Of a stretch of DNA of 32,000 bases, positions 8,878-16,608 are shown piece by piece. The notes under the pieces were generated by a model. It saw only the letters and a list, made by a program, of their open reading frames with translations, had not been told where the DNA came from and ran no database searches. The DNA comes from an uncultured Pseudomonadota bacterium (lineage in GTDB: Bacteria > Pseudomonadota > Alphaproteobacteria > Acetobacterales > Acetobacteraceae): assembly GCA_963840545.1 (NCBI GenBank), contig CAWIZE010000002.1, positions 1,631,573 to 1,663,572 on the forward strand. The letters are read 5' to 3'. Each line of letters begins with the position of its first letter. Position 1 is the stretch's first letter. Made by a program: the position numbers and the translations under genes.

Positions 8878-9165
8878 TCAGTCGCGGGAAGAGGACAGTC
8901 CCGCGAGAAGCGGCACGTACGCGGCGCGCCTGCGGGATACGAACTCCGTGAAGAGCCGAACGCGCCTCGTCTTGCGCGTCTCGCCCTGCGTGAGGAGCCA
9001 GAGCGTTCCGTGCATGCGCAGGGCGGTGCCCGGCACCCTCACCAGCAGCGGGTCTGGATCTCCGACGAAGCAAGGCAGCGTCGTCATCCCGAGCCCCTGC
9101 CGCACCGCGACGATCTGCGCCCCGGCGGCCGTGGTCCTGAACGGAACCTCAGCGGTGGGAACCTC
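8878..9165 (-). pseudogene. LysR-family regulator, C-terminal fragment only
   Basis: The tail of ORF 8878..9582 reads ...FRTTAAGAQIVAVRQGLGMTTLPCFVGDPDPLLVRVPGT...LWLLTQGETRKTRRVRLFTEFV, typical of a LysR substrate-binding-domain C-terminus. No HTH or N-terminal half is present. The boundary with the transketolase part is approximate. Confidence 0.6.
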
Positions 9166-9864
9166 ACGTCGCGCGCCGGCGATTTCTTCCTCGCCCGGCG
9201 CATCGCCATGGGCCTTCTGGGTGCCGGCCTTGGTCGGGAAGCCGAAGCCGATGATGGTCTTGCAGGCGATCATGGAGGGCTGGTCGGTCACCGCGCGGGC
9301 GGCGGCGACGGCGTCGCGGATCGCGTCCGTGTCGTGGCCGTCGATCTCCTGCACATGCCAGCCGGAGGCGCGGAAGCGCTCGAGCTCGTGGTCCGAAACC
9401 GCGAGGCTGGTCGGGCCGTCGATGGAGATGGAATGGTTGTCCCAGAAGGCGATGAGGCGGCCGAGCTTGAAGTGGCCCGCCAGGGAAATCGCTTCCTGGC
9501 TGATGCCTTCCATGAGGCAGCCATCGCCCATGAAGACGTAGGTGAAATGTTTGCAGAGATCGTCCCCGAACCTGGCGTTCACGATGCGCTCGGCAAGCGT
9601 GAAGCCGACCGAGTTCGCGATGCCCTGGCCGAGCGGGTCGGCGGTCGTCTCGATGCCGTCGGCATGCCCCTATTCCGGATGGCCGGCGGTCCTGCTGTCG
9701 ATCTGGCGGAACCGCTCCAGCTCGTCCTGGGTCATGTCCTTGACGCCGGTCGGGTAGAGCAGGCTGTAGAGCAGCATCGAGCCGTGGCCGTTCGACAGCA
9801 GGAAGCGGTCGCGGTCGAACCAATGCGGCCCGGCCGCATCGAGGGCCGGGCCGCGGCGGGCCGG
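9166..9864 (-). pseudogene. transketolase internal fragment (roughly residues 45-300) with an in-frame TAG
   Basis: Minus strand reads ...[136 protein letters not shown]...IGFGFPTKAGTQKAHG. The stop (TAG, plus-strand cta at 9670-9672) replaces the conserved Tyr of GHPEYG. The N-terminus and the C-terminal half are absent. Confidence 0.8.
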
Positions 9865-10332
9865 TCAGGATCGGTCGATCCGGCCGGAGTAGCAGCCCCG
9901 CCTGGCATTGTGGGCGTGGATGTAGCTCACGTCGGGGTTGGCGAAGAACCGGGCGATCAGCGGCTCGATGGCCGCGCCCTCGGTGACGTCCGCATCGAGC
10001 ATCATGCCGTCCGCGTCAAAGGCGCGGAGCGAGAGCAGCCGGACGCGCATGACCTCCGGCACCTGGTCGAGCTGGTCGAAGGTTTTCGTGGCGCCCTCGC
10101 GGACGAAGATGGCGTGCGCGGCGCGATAGGGCGTGGCCGCCGGCTGGCAGGTGTGGTTGAGCAGAATCAGCGTCTCGCCCGGCTCGGCATCGCGCATCTC
10201 GATCCGGCAGGGGAAGCCCGGCTTCGCGTCGGCGATGTAGCGTTTCGCGGTGTGCGCGGCGAGCTCGGCATCGGACAATCCGAACAGGTGCCGGAACGGC
10301 TCGGGCGAGAGCCCGGTGATACGAAAGGTCAA
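9865..10332 (-). CDS. DUF1203 domain-containing protein
   Basis: TTG at 10332 preceded by AAGGAGGG. (M)TFRITGLSPEPFRHLFGLSDAELAAHTAKRYIADAKPGFPCRIEMRDAEPGETLILLNH... matches the DUF1203 family pattern. Confidence 0.75.
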   Translation of the reverse strand: MTFRITGLSPEPFRHLFGLSDAELAAHTAKRYIADAKPGFPCRIEMRDAEPGETLILLNHTCQPAATPYRAAHAIFVREGATKTFDQLDQVPEVMRVRLLSLRAFDADGMMLDADVTEGAAIEPLIARFFANPDVSYIHAHNARRGCYSGRIDRS

Positions 10333-10474
10333 AGGTCCCTCCTTGGTTTGGGGGCGACACCTGAGCAGGACCGCGGCGCGCCCGCCATCCGTTTGTTGCT
10401 GCCGAATTCGGCCGGGGCGCGCGGCGTGCGCCTCCATACCTGCGGCGGGAGGGCGCCGCAGGGACGGGGTCGGT

Positions 10475-11396
10475 TCAGGCGCGGTTGTCGTATTTGCTGT
10501 GGCCTGCGAAATAGCTCGGCCGGTCGAGATCGGGAATGAGGCCGGGCTGTGTCGGGCGCCATCCCAGCCGTTCCTGCGTTTGCGCGCTCGAAGCCGGGCA
10601 GTCGATGCTCACGAAGAACCCGAGAAAGCCGAAATGCCCGGCCGCCTCCGCGGCGGACTTGCCGACGACCGGCAGGTTCAGGCGGCGGCCGATGACGCCG
10701 GCGATGTCGCGGAACGGAACGCCCTCGTCGGCGACCCCGTGATAGCGGGCTCCCGCGGACCCCTTCTCGAGCGCCAGCCTGTAGAGATGGGCAGCATCGA
10801 GCCGGTGGACCGCGGGCCAGCGGTTGAGCCCGTCGCCCACATATGCCGAGACGCCCTTTTCACGCGCGATGCCGATGAGGCGCGGAACGAAGCCGTGATC
10901 GCCGTCACCATGGACGGACGGCGCGAGGCGCAGCAACGACGCGCGGACCCCGCGTGCGGCCAGCGCGGCGGTTGCCACTTCCGAAGCGACGCGGGGAAGC
11001 GCATGGGAGTCGGAACCTAGGCACGATGTCTTCGATGGCGAGGCGGCCTGGCGTAAGGAGGGCGGTCCCGGAGGTGACGATCAAGGGACGGTCGGAGCCT
11101 TCGAGGACGGCGCCGAGCGTCTCGATGGCGCGCCGGTCCATCTCGCAGTTTTCCGCGAACTTCGAAAAATCGTGGTTGAAGGCCGTGTGGATCACGCCAT
11201 CCGACATGGCGGCCCCGCCGCGCAGGCTCTCGAGATCTTCGAGATCGCCGCGATGCGCCGCCGCGCCACCGGCGATGAGAGACTGGGCGCCCGCATCCGA
11301 GCGAGCGAGACCGAGGACCCGATGGCCCGCATTGACGAGCTCCTGAACAATGGCAGAACCGATAAAGCCTGTCGCACCGGTGACGAAGACACGCAT
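10475..11396 (-). pseudogene. NAD(P)-dependent SDR/epimerase-family oxidoreductase, split by a frameshift
   Basis: The N-terminal half ([33 protein letters not shown]...) sits in ORF 10905..11480. The C-terminal half ([46 protein letters not shown]...) sits in ORF 10475..10978 in another frame. The two frames meet around 10980-11025. Confidence 0.7.
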
Positions 11397-11523
11397 CGCG
11401 ACTGATCCCTTGCGCCGTTCGATGGCCGCATGTGCGGCCCTGTGATTGTCGAGATAGGTGATTGAGGGAATACGATCCATGCTGTAAAGTCCGTATTATC
11501 GTCGCAATCGTCCGGGATGGCCC

Positions 11524-12498
11524 ATGGACCCGCTCTCAGATGTGCTGTCGCTGCTGAGACCGCGCAGCTATATGTCCGGTGGCTTCGATGCGGGTGGAGA
11601 ATGGTCGATCCGGTTCCCCCGGCATGAAGGAATCAAATGCTACGCTGTGGTTTCCGGGCGGTGCTGGCTCTCCGTCGAGGGCGTTCCCGACGCGGTGGGC
11701 CTGAAGACCGGGGATTGCTTCCTGCTGCCGAGGGGGCGGCCTTTCCGGCTTGCCAGCGACATGGCTTTGCCGCCGGTCGACGCAAGCAGGCTGTTTTCGC
11801 CGGCGCGGAATGGCGGCATCGCCGCGTGCAACGGCGGGGGCGATTTCTTTCTTGCAGGCGGGCACTTCGCCCTTGCCGGCAATCATGCCGGCATCCTGTT
11901 GGGGGTGCTGCCGCCGATCGTGCATATCCGCAAAGAATCGGACAAGGCGGCGCTGCGGTGGTCCCTGGAGCGGATGATGCGGGAGCTGCGCGAGCGGCAG
12001 CCCGGCGGCTTTCTGGTCGCGGAGCACCTTGCCCACATGATGCTGGTTCTGGCGCTGCGACTGCATCTGGCGGCAGGGTCGAGGGGTGGCGTCGGGTGGC
12101 TCTTCGCCCTGGCGGATAGGCAGATGAGCGCGGCGATCGGCGCCATGCACGACGACCCGGCGCAAGGCTGGACATTGCAGGTGCTGGCGGAGCGTGTCGG
12201 GATGTCGCGATCGAGCTTCGCCCTGAAATTCAAGCAGACGGTTGGGACATCGCCCATGGAATACCTGACGCGCTGGCGTATGCTGCTGGCCGGGGACAGG
12301 CTGGCGAATTCCGGCGATCCCGTCTCCGTCATTGCCCGCTCGCTCGGCTACTGCTCGGAGAGCGCCTTCAGCACGGCCTTCAAGAGGGTCATGGGCTGTT
12401 CGCCGCGGGACTATCGCCGTGGCCGGGCCGCGGCTTCTCCTTCGCCTGGCGAGGGGGAAGCCGCCCGCGCCGATCGGCTCGATCCTGTCGCGGGTTGA
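11524..12498 (+). CDS. AraC-family transcriptional regulator with N-terminal cupin-type sensor domain
   Basis: MDPLSDVLSLLRPRSYMSGGFDAGGEWSIRF... is the AraC-type cupin N-terminus. The C-terminus carries two HTH units (WTLQVLAERVGMSRSSFALKFKQTVGTSPMEYLTRWRM...IARSLGYCSESAFSTAFKRVMGCSPRDY). Confidence 0.9.
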   Translation: MDPLSDVLSLLRPRSYMSGGFDAGGEWSIRFPRHEGIKCYAVVSGRCWLSVEGVPDAVGLKTGDCFLLPRGRPFRLASDMALPPVDASRLFSPARNGGIAACNGGGDFFLAGGHFALAGNHAGILLGVLPPIVHIRKESDKAALRWSLERMMRELRERQPGGFLVAEHLAHMMLVLALRLHLAAGSRGGVGWLFALADRQMSAAIGAMHDDPAQGWTLQVLAERVGMSRSSFALKFKQTVGTSPMEYLTRWRMLLAGDRLANSGDPVSVIARSLGYCSESAFSTAFKRVMGCSPRDYRRGRAAASPSPGEGEAARADRLDPVAG

Positions 12499-12552
12499 TC
12501 TGCGCGGTTGGCGGCTGCCCGGAGCGACGGGATGGGGAACGGCTTCTTTTTG

Positions 12553-12611
12553 TTGTGCCGCGCAGCGCCCAAGGGTCCAAGTATGGGGGGGTCCAGGGGC
12601 CCAGCCCCTGG
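12553..12611. repeat. REP-like GC-rich element, copy A (ttgtgccgcgcagcgc ... gggggggtccaggggcccagcccctgg), ending in an 8-bp-stem hairpin
   Basis: Hairpin ccaggggc-cca-gcccctgg at 12593-12611, 3 nt beyond the stop of the 12615..14585 gene. Both modules recur in reverse complement at 19057-19102. Confidence 0.75.
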
Positions 12612-12614
12612 CGG

Positions 12615-14585
12615 TTAGCCGGGTTCCGGGGTTTTCGTGCGGAAGAGCAGGGACCAGCCCTGGACGTCCTGGAGCATGGCGAGCGCGAGGCCGTGGAGGG
12701 TCGCGCCGAGGGCGGATGAGGCGAGGGGGCGGGAGGTGTCGATCGCCTCGAGCTCCTGCGTCGTCTCCGCGAGCACGCGCAGCATCTGTTGGGACTGAAG
12801 GTGGAGGGGGTCGAACTCGGCATAGGCGCGCAGGCTGACGAAGCCGGCCGAGAGCGCGGCGAGCGTCGTGCAGGCGAAGCCGAGCCAGCGCTCCGCGCCG
12901 GCGCCTTCGGCGGCGTGGAGCCCGCCGTGGAACAGGGCGTGGGCCATGAAGAAAAGCTTGACGAACACGAGCACCAGGGTCGCGGCGAAAGCAAGCTCGC
13001 CAAGGCCGATGAGCCGGCGCGCGGCGACGCGGCTGCGGCGCGCGCGGTCCTGGTGATAGCTGGTCTGCGCGGCGATCGTCTCCGCGCCGATCGCGCGGGC
13101 GCGCGGGACGTGCCCGGCGATCGTGCCGTGCGGCAGCTCCGCCCCGCGCATCGCCGCGCTGACATACCAGGCGACCCAGGCGTCGCGCGGCGGGCCGTGG
13201 GGCTGCGTCTCCGGATGGCGGGCGAGGTCGGCCACCTGGGCGAGCGGCAGCGACCAGCCGAGCCGGGCGAGCATGCGCTGCTTGCGGCACAGCTCGGCGA
13301 GCAGCCGGTAGGCGATCCATCGTTCGTGCCAGCGGCCGAACTCGCTGGCGACGACGATGCAGAAGATGGAGACCAGGGCTGCGAACTCGACGATGGTGGC
13401 AGGCAGGCCGAAGGCCAGGGGCGCGGCCAGCGCCAGGCCCATCGCCGAGACGGTGAGGGCGGCGAGCGCGATGATCAGCACGTAGGAGGAGCGGTAGCGG
13501 TCGGCGTATTTCCGCCCGTGGCGGTCCGCTTCTTCGTGCATCGCGGCCCAGGCGCGCTCGACCGCGTCGGCGGGTTCGGGTGGCTGCTCGGGCGGTGCAG
13601 GCGGCGCAGGCGGGGCGGGCGGGGCGGCGTGGGCCGGCGCGATGCGGTCGAGCGCGCGGGAATAGACGCGCCAGAGGCGCGGCCGCACGCTCTCCTCGCC
13701 TTCCGCGAAATAGTCGGAGAGCGGGTCGCGGCGATGGCCGAGCCGCGCGGCGATCCAGTGCACGGCGGCGCCGACCCAGGTGTGGTGGTGGGGCCCGCCG
13801 GGTGCCGGCGGCGCGATCGTGGCGCGGAGCAGCGCGGCGAGTGCCGCCTCCGCCGCCCGGCCGGCCGGGGCGGAGGCGCGGTGCGCGAGGGACGTCGGGC
13901 CGAGCAGCAGGCGCGGCGGCTGGGCGGCGGCGGGATCGATCCACCACACCGGGACATGGCTGCGCACCGCGTAATGGACGGTCTCCCCGGTGCCGCCGGG
14001 CTTGCCGTGGGCGCCATCCCAGACCGCGATCAGGAGGTCCGCGTTGCGGACGACGAAGCGGCCGACGGCGCGAAAGGACGCCTCCGCGTCCTCGTCGCGC
14101 GCGCCGTCGAGGGCGAGCACCGCGGGGGCGTCGGATTCGGTGCGCGCGGCGGCGAGCAGGGCGCGGAACGGCGCGGGATCTCTGTCGAAGGTTTTTTCGT
14201 AGTCCGCGGCAGGGAAAGGCAGCGGCGCTTCGAGCCGGAGGCCGGCGGCGAGCGCGGCCTCGGCGGCGATGCGGTCGGAGCCCTCGGCGAGCGGGGAGAA
14301 GAGGCGGATGAGCGGCGGGTCGGGCGCGTAGGCCGCCCGGACGGAAGGTTCGGCGGCGAGTGCCGCGATCGTCGTGCGCGCGCGCTGCATGACGGCGGCG
14401 AGCGCATCGGCAAGGGCGGGGAGCGCCGCGGGATCGAGCTTGTTGGGCCGCGCGCCGGTGACCCCGAGGCGGAAGGCGAGCCGGGGCCGGAGGGGGCCGA
14501 GGAAAGGGGGGCCAAGGAAAGGGGGGCCAAGGGAAGGGGGCCCGAGGGAAGGCGGCCCAAGGGAGGATGGTGGCGGAGGCGTCAC
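12615..14585 (-). CDS. SLOG-like (YpsA/DprA/LOG-type Rossmannoid) N-terminal domain fused to two SLATT/DUF4231-like 2TM modules
   Basis: GTG start overlaps the upstream stop (GTGA). N-terminal domain: LGVTGARPNKL...SPLAEGSDRIAAEAALAAG...ADLLIAVWDGAHGKPGGTGETVHYAV. First membrane module: YADRYRSSYVLIIALAALTVSAMGLALAAP...ATIVEFAALVSIFCIVVASEFGRWHERWIAYRLLAE. Second module: QTSYHQDRARRSRVAARRLIGLGELAFAATLVLVFV...WLGFACTTLAALSAGFVSLRAYAEF. Domain names come from motif recognition only. Confidence 0.65.
   Translation of the reverse strand: MTPPPPSSLGPPSLGPPSLGPPFLGPPFLGPLRPRLAFRLGVTGARPNKLDPAALPALADALAAVMQRARTTIAALAAEPSVRAAYAPDPPLIRLFSPLAEGSDRIAAEAALAAGLRLEAPLPFPAADYEKTFDRDPAPFRALLAAARTESDAPAVLALDGARDEDAEASFRAVGRFVVRNADLLIAVWDGAHGKPGGTGETVHYAVRSHVPVWWIDPAAAQPPRLLLGPTSLAHRASAPAGRAAEAALAALLRATIAPPAPGGPHHHTWVGAAVHWIAARLGHRRDPLSDYFAEGEESVRPRLWRVYSRALDRIAPAHAAPPAPPAPPAPPEQPPEPADAVERAWAAMHEEADRHGRKYADRYRSSYVLIIALAALTVSAMGLALAAPLAFGLPATIVEFAALVSIFCIVVASEFGRWHERWIAYRLLAELCRKQRMLARLGWSLPLAQVADLARHPETQPHGPPRDAWVAWYVSAAMRGAELPHGTIAGHVPRARAIGAETIAAQTSYHQDRARRSRVAARRLIGLGELAFAATLVLVFVKLFFMAHALFHGGLHAAEGAGAERWLGFACTTLAALSAGFVSLRAYAEFDPLHLQSQQMLRVLAETTQELEAIDTSRPLASSALGATLHGLALAMLQDVQGWSLLFRTKTPEPG
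14492..14566. repeat. 15-bp in-frame tandem repeat, 5 units, encoding (S/F)LGPP x5 at the N-terminus of the SLOG-SLATT protein
   Basis: Units 14492-14506, 14507-14521, 14522-14536, 14537-14551 and 14552-14566 (gggggccRaggRaag and variants). No alternative start codon lies downstream of the repeat, so it must be translated. Confidence 0.9.
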
Positions 14586-16591
14586 GCGGGCGCCTCATTC
14601 AGCCAGGCCTCGACCGCCCAGGCTTCGACCGCAGCAGCGGCGCGGGGGAATTGCTCGGCGATATGCTGGAGATCGCGCGGCGCGGCGCGCGCGAGGCCGC
14701 GGGCGTGGATGGCGAGCGCGGCGGTCGCGGCCAGCGCCTCCGCCGCCCGCCAGGCGGGCTCGTCGGCGATGTCGATCTCGATCAGCGCGATCTCCTCGGG
14801 AGCGATGGGCGTGGCGGGTGGATGGGCGGGATCCATGCACACGAGGCGGCGGACGGCGCGGCCGGCCTCGCCGGCGATGCGGGGGATTTTCGCGACCGCG
14901 CCGAGATTGTAGGCGCGCGCGGGCGGGGGCAGCGCCTCCCAGTCCACGAGCTGAGGATGCGTCTTTGCGGCCTCGTCGCGCACCGGGCCGTGACGCCATC
15001 CCGCGGCGATGAGGTCGAGGCGCCAGCGATGGTGCTCGGCGCGCGCCATCCGCTCGATCTCGGCCTCCCGCAGGGTGGCGCTGGGCCCAGGGCCGGCGGC
15101 GAGGCGGAGGCCGGCGTGGCCGAGCTTGACCGGAATATGGTCGGCGAAGGCGCGGTTGGCGCGGCGGAAGCGCTCGGCGAGCTGCTCCCAGGGCACGGCG
15201 GCGGGCGCGTCCCGATCCGGGTTCGAGGCCAGGAAATCCTCGTGCACCGCGCGGGCCATGCGGTCCGCCTCGGCCTCGAAGAGCTGCGCCGGCCCGACCA
15301 GGGAGGCGAGGTCGCCGAACCCGCCGAGCCGCTCGGGGCAGAGCGGGCGCGCCGCCATCCGCCCGAGGAGCTCGCTGAGGCCGCGCTCCTGGCGGGTGCG
15401 GACATGGATCGGGGTTGCGAAGCGGCGCTGGCGATCGAGCGCGTCGCGGAGGCCGAAGGCGGCCTCGAGCGCGGCATCGTCGCGGCCGAGCGCGACGATC
15501 ACCGCGGCGGGCGGGCGGGCGGCGAGGTCGGCCTCGATCGCCTGCCACTCGGTGGTCCGGCCCCATTCGTCCGGCGGGCCGAACCAGGCCGGGCGGATCT
15601 CGAGATCGAGGCATTGGCGGAGATGCCGCCCCCAGGGCGACGCGGCGAGCACGGCGGCGCGCGCCTCGGCGTCGCGGTCATAGGCGAGGATGTCGACGCG
15701 CGTGTCCGGCAGCGCGAAGGTCGAGAGGGCGGCGTGGCGGAGGATCGCGACGCCGAGATCGCCGAGGCCGGCGAGGACGATGCGCGGGCGGGCGCCGGCG
15801 GTGCGGACGAAGCCCGCCCCGCCGAGCAGCCGGCGCGCCGAGACCTCCTCGGTGCGGAGCGGATGGACGAGCAGGCCGGGGTCGAAGATTCCCGTGGGCG
15901 GCACCGCCATCGCGTCGATCAGCCAGGGGGCGCGGATCTCGGGGCGCGCGAGGAGGGGCGCCGCGCCGCCGGCGGCCGCGGTTCGCCGGGCGGTGCGCGC
16001 GCCGGCGGCCATCACGATGTCGAGGTTGGTGGCGTCCGAGCCGGTCGTCGCGACCAGCGCGCGCGCCCGGGTGATCCCGGCATGCTCGAGCGTCTCGGTG
16101 CGGGTCGCGTCCCCGCTCAGCACCGGCACGCCGAGGCGATCGCAGAGCGCGATCGCCGCGGCCGCATCCTCGCGCGTGATCGCGACGGCCTTGAGCCCGG
16201 CGCGCTTGAGGCCGCGGACGACCTCGATCCCGGTTTCGCCGAGGCCGCAGACCACCACGTGCCCGCGCATGGCCTGGGCGCGCGCGAGCTGCGCGTCGTG
16301 GCGGAGGTTGTGCACGAAGAGCGAGATGCTGCCCATCAGCCCGGCCAGCACCAGGACCACGAACATCAGGGACTGCGCCGCCACGAGCAGGAACGGAGCA
16401 TGGCCGAAGGGGAAGGATTGCTCGCCGCGGACGAGGAAAATCGTGTCGATCAGCGCGGGCTCGAGCCCCTGTCCGCAATAGGGGTGGCCGTGGCAGGTCA
16501 TGAAGCCGACCAGGCCGAGCGCGGTTGCGAGCAGGGCGAGCAGGGCGACCGGCGCCCATTGCCCGAGCCGGTAGATGCGGAGGCTCAGCAC
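14582..16591 (-). CDS. membrane protein: 2 TM helices + two Rossmann (TrkA-N/RCK-like) domains + RyR domain
   Basis: GxGxxG motifs: HVVVCGLGETGIEVVRGLKRAGLKAVAITRED and RIVLAGLGDLGVAILRHA...DILAYDRD. RyR-domain signature: IERMARAEHHRWRLDLIAAGWRHGPVRDEAAKTHPQLVDWEALPPPARAYNLGAVAKIP. The preferred start is the GTG at 16591, 17 nt after the upstream stop. The track's ATG at 16741 would overlap the upstream gene by 133 nt. Confidence 0.7.
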   Translation of the reverse strand: MLSLRIYRLGQWAPVALLALLATALGLVGFMTCHGHPYCGQGLEPALIDTIFLVRGEQSFPFGHAPFLLVAAQSLMFVVLVLAGLMGSISLFVHNLRHDAQLARAQAMRGHVVVCGLGETGIEVVRGLKRAGLKAVAITREDAAAAIALCDRLGVPVLSGDATRTETLEHAGITRARALVATTGSDATNLDIVMAAGARTARRTAAAGGAAPLLARPEIRAPWLIDAMAVPPTGIFDPGLLVHPLRTEEVSARRLLGGAGFVRTAGARPRIVLAGLGDLGVAILRHAALSTFALPDTRVDILAYDRDAEARAAVLAASPWGRHLRQCLDLEIRPAWFGPPDEWGRTTEWQAIEADLAARPPAAVIVALGRDDAALEAAFGLRDALDRQRRFATPIHVRTRQERGLSELLGRMAARPLCPERLGGFGDLASLVGPAQLFEAEADRMARAVHEDFLASNPDRDAPAAVPWEQLAERFRRANRAFADHIPVKLGHAGLRLAAGPGPSATLREAEIERMARAEHHRWRLDLIAAGWRHGPVRDEAAKTHPQLVDWEALPPPARAYNLGAVAKIPRIAGEAGRAVRRLVCMDPAHPPATPIAPEEIALIEIDIADEPAWRAAEALAATAALAIHARGLARAAPRDLQHIAEQFPRAAAAVEAWAVEAWLNEAPA

Positions 16592-16608
16592 CGACGCCCC
16601 GGCTGTCG

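Noticed and set aside
11536-14598. 1020-aa minus-strand ORF spanning the AraC gene and the SLOG-SLATT gene
   Set aside because: The composition is extremely Arg/Pro/Ala-biased. It is out of frame with the domain-bearing frames on both sides, so it is a GC artefact.
14582-16591. Calling the 2TM-RCK protein a potassium channel or TrkA
   Set aside because: No TVGYG-type selectivity filter lies between the two TM helices, and no TrkH/KtrB partner is present. Only the NAD-binding fold is shared.
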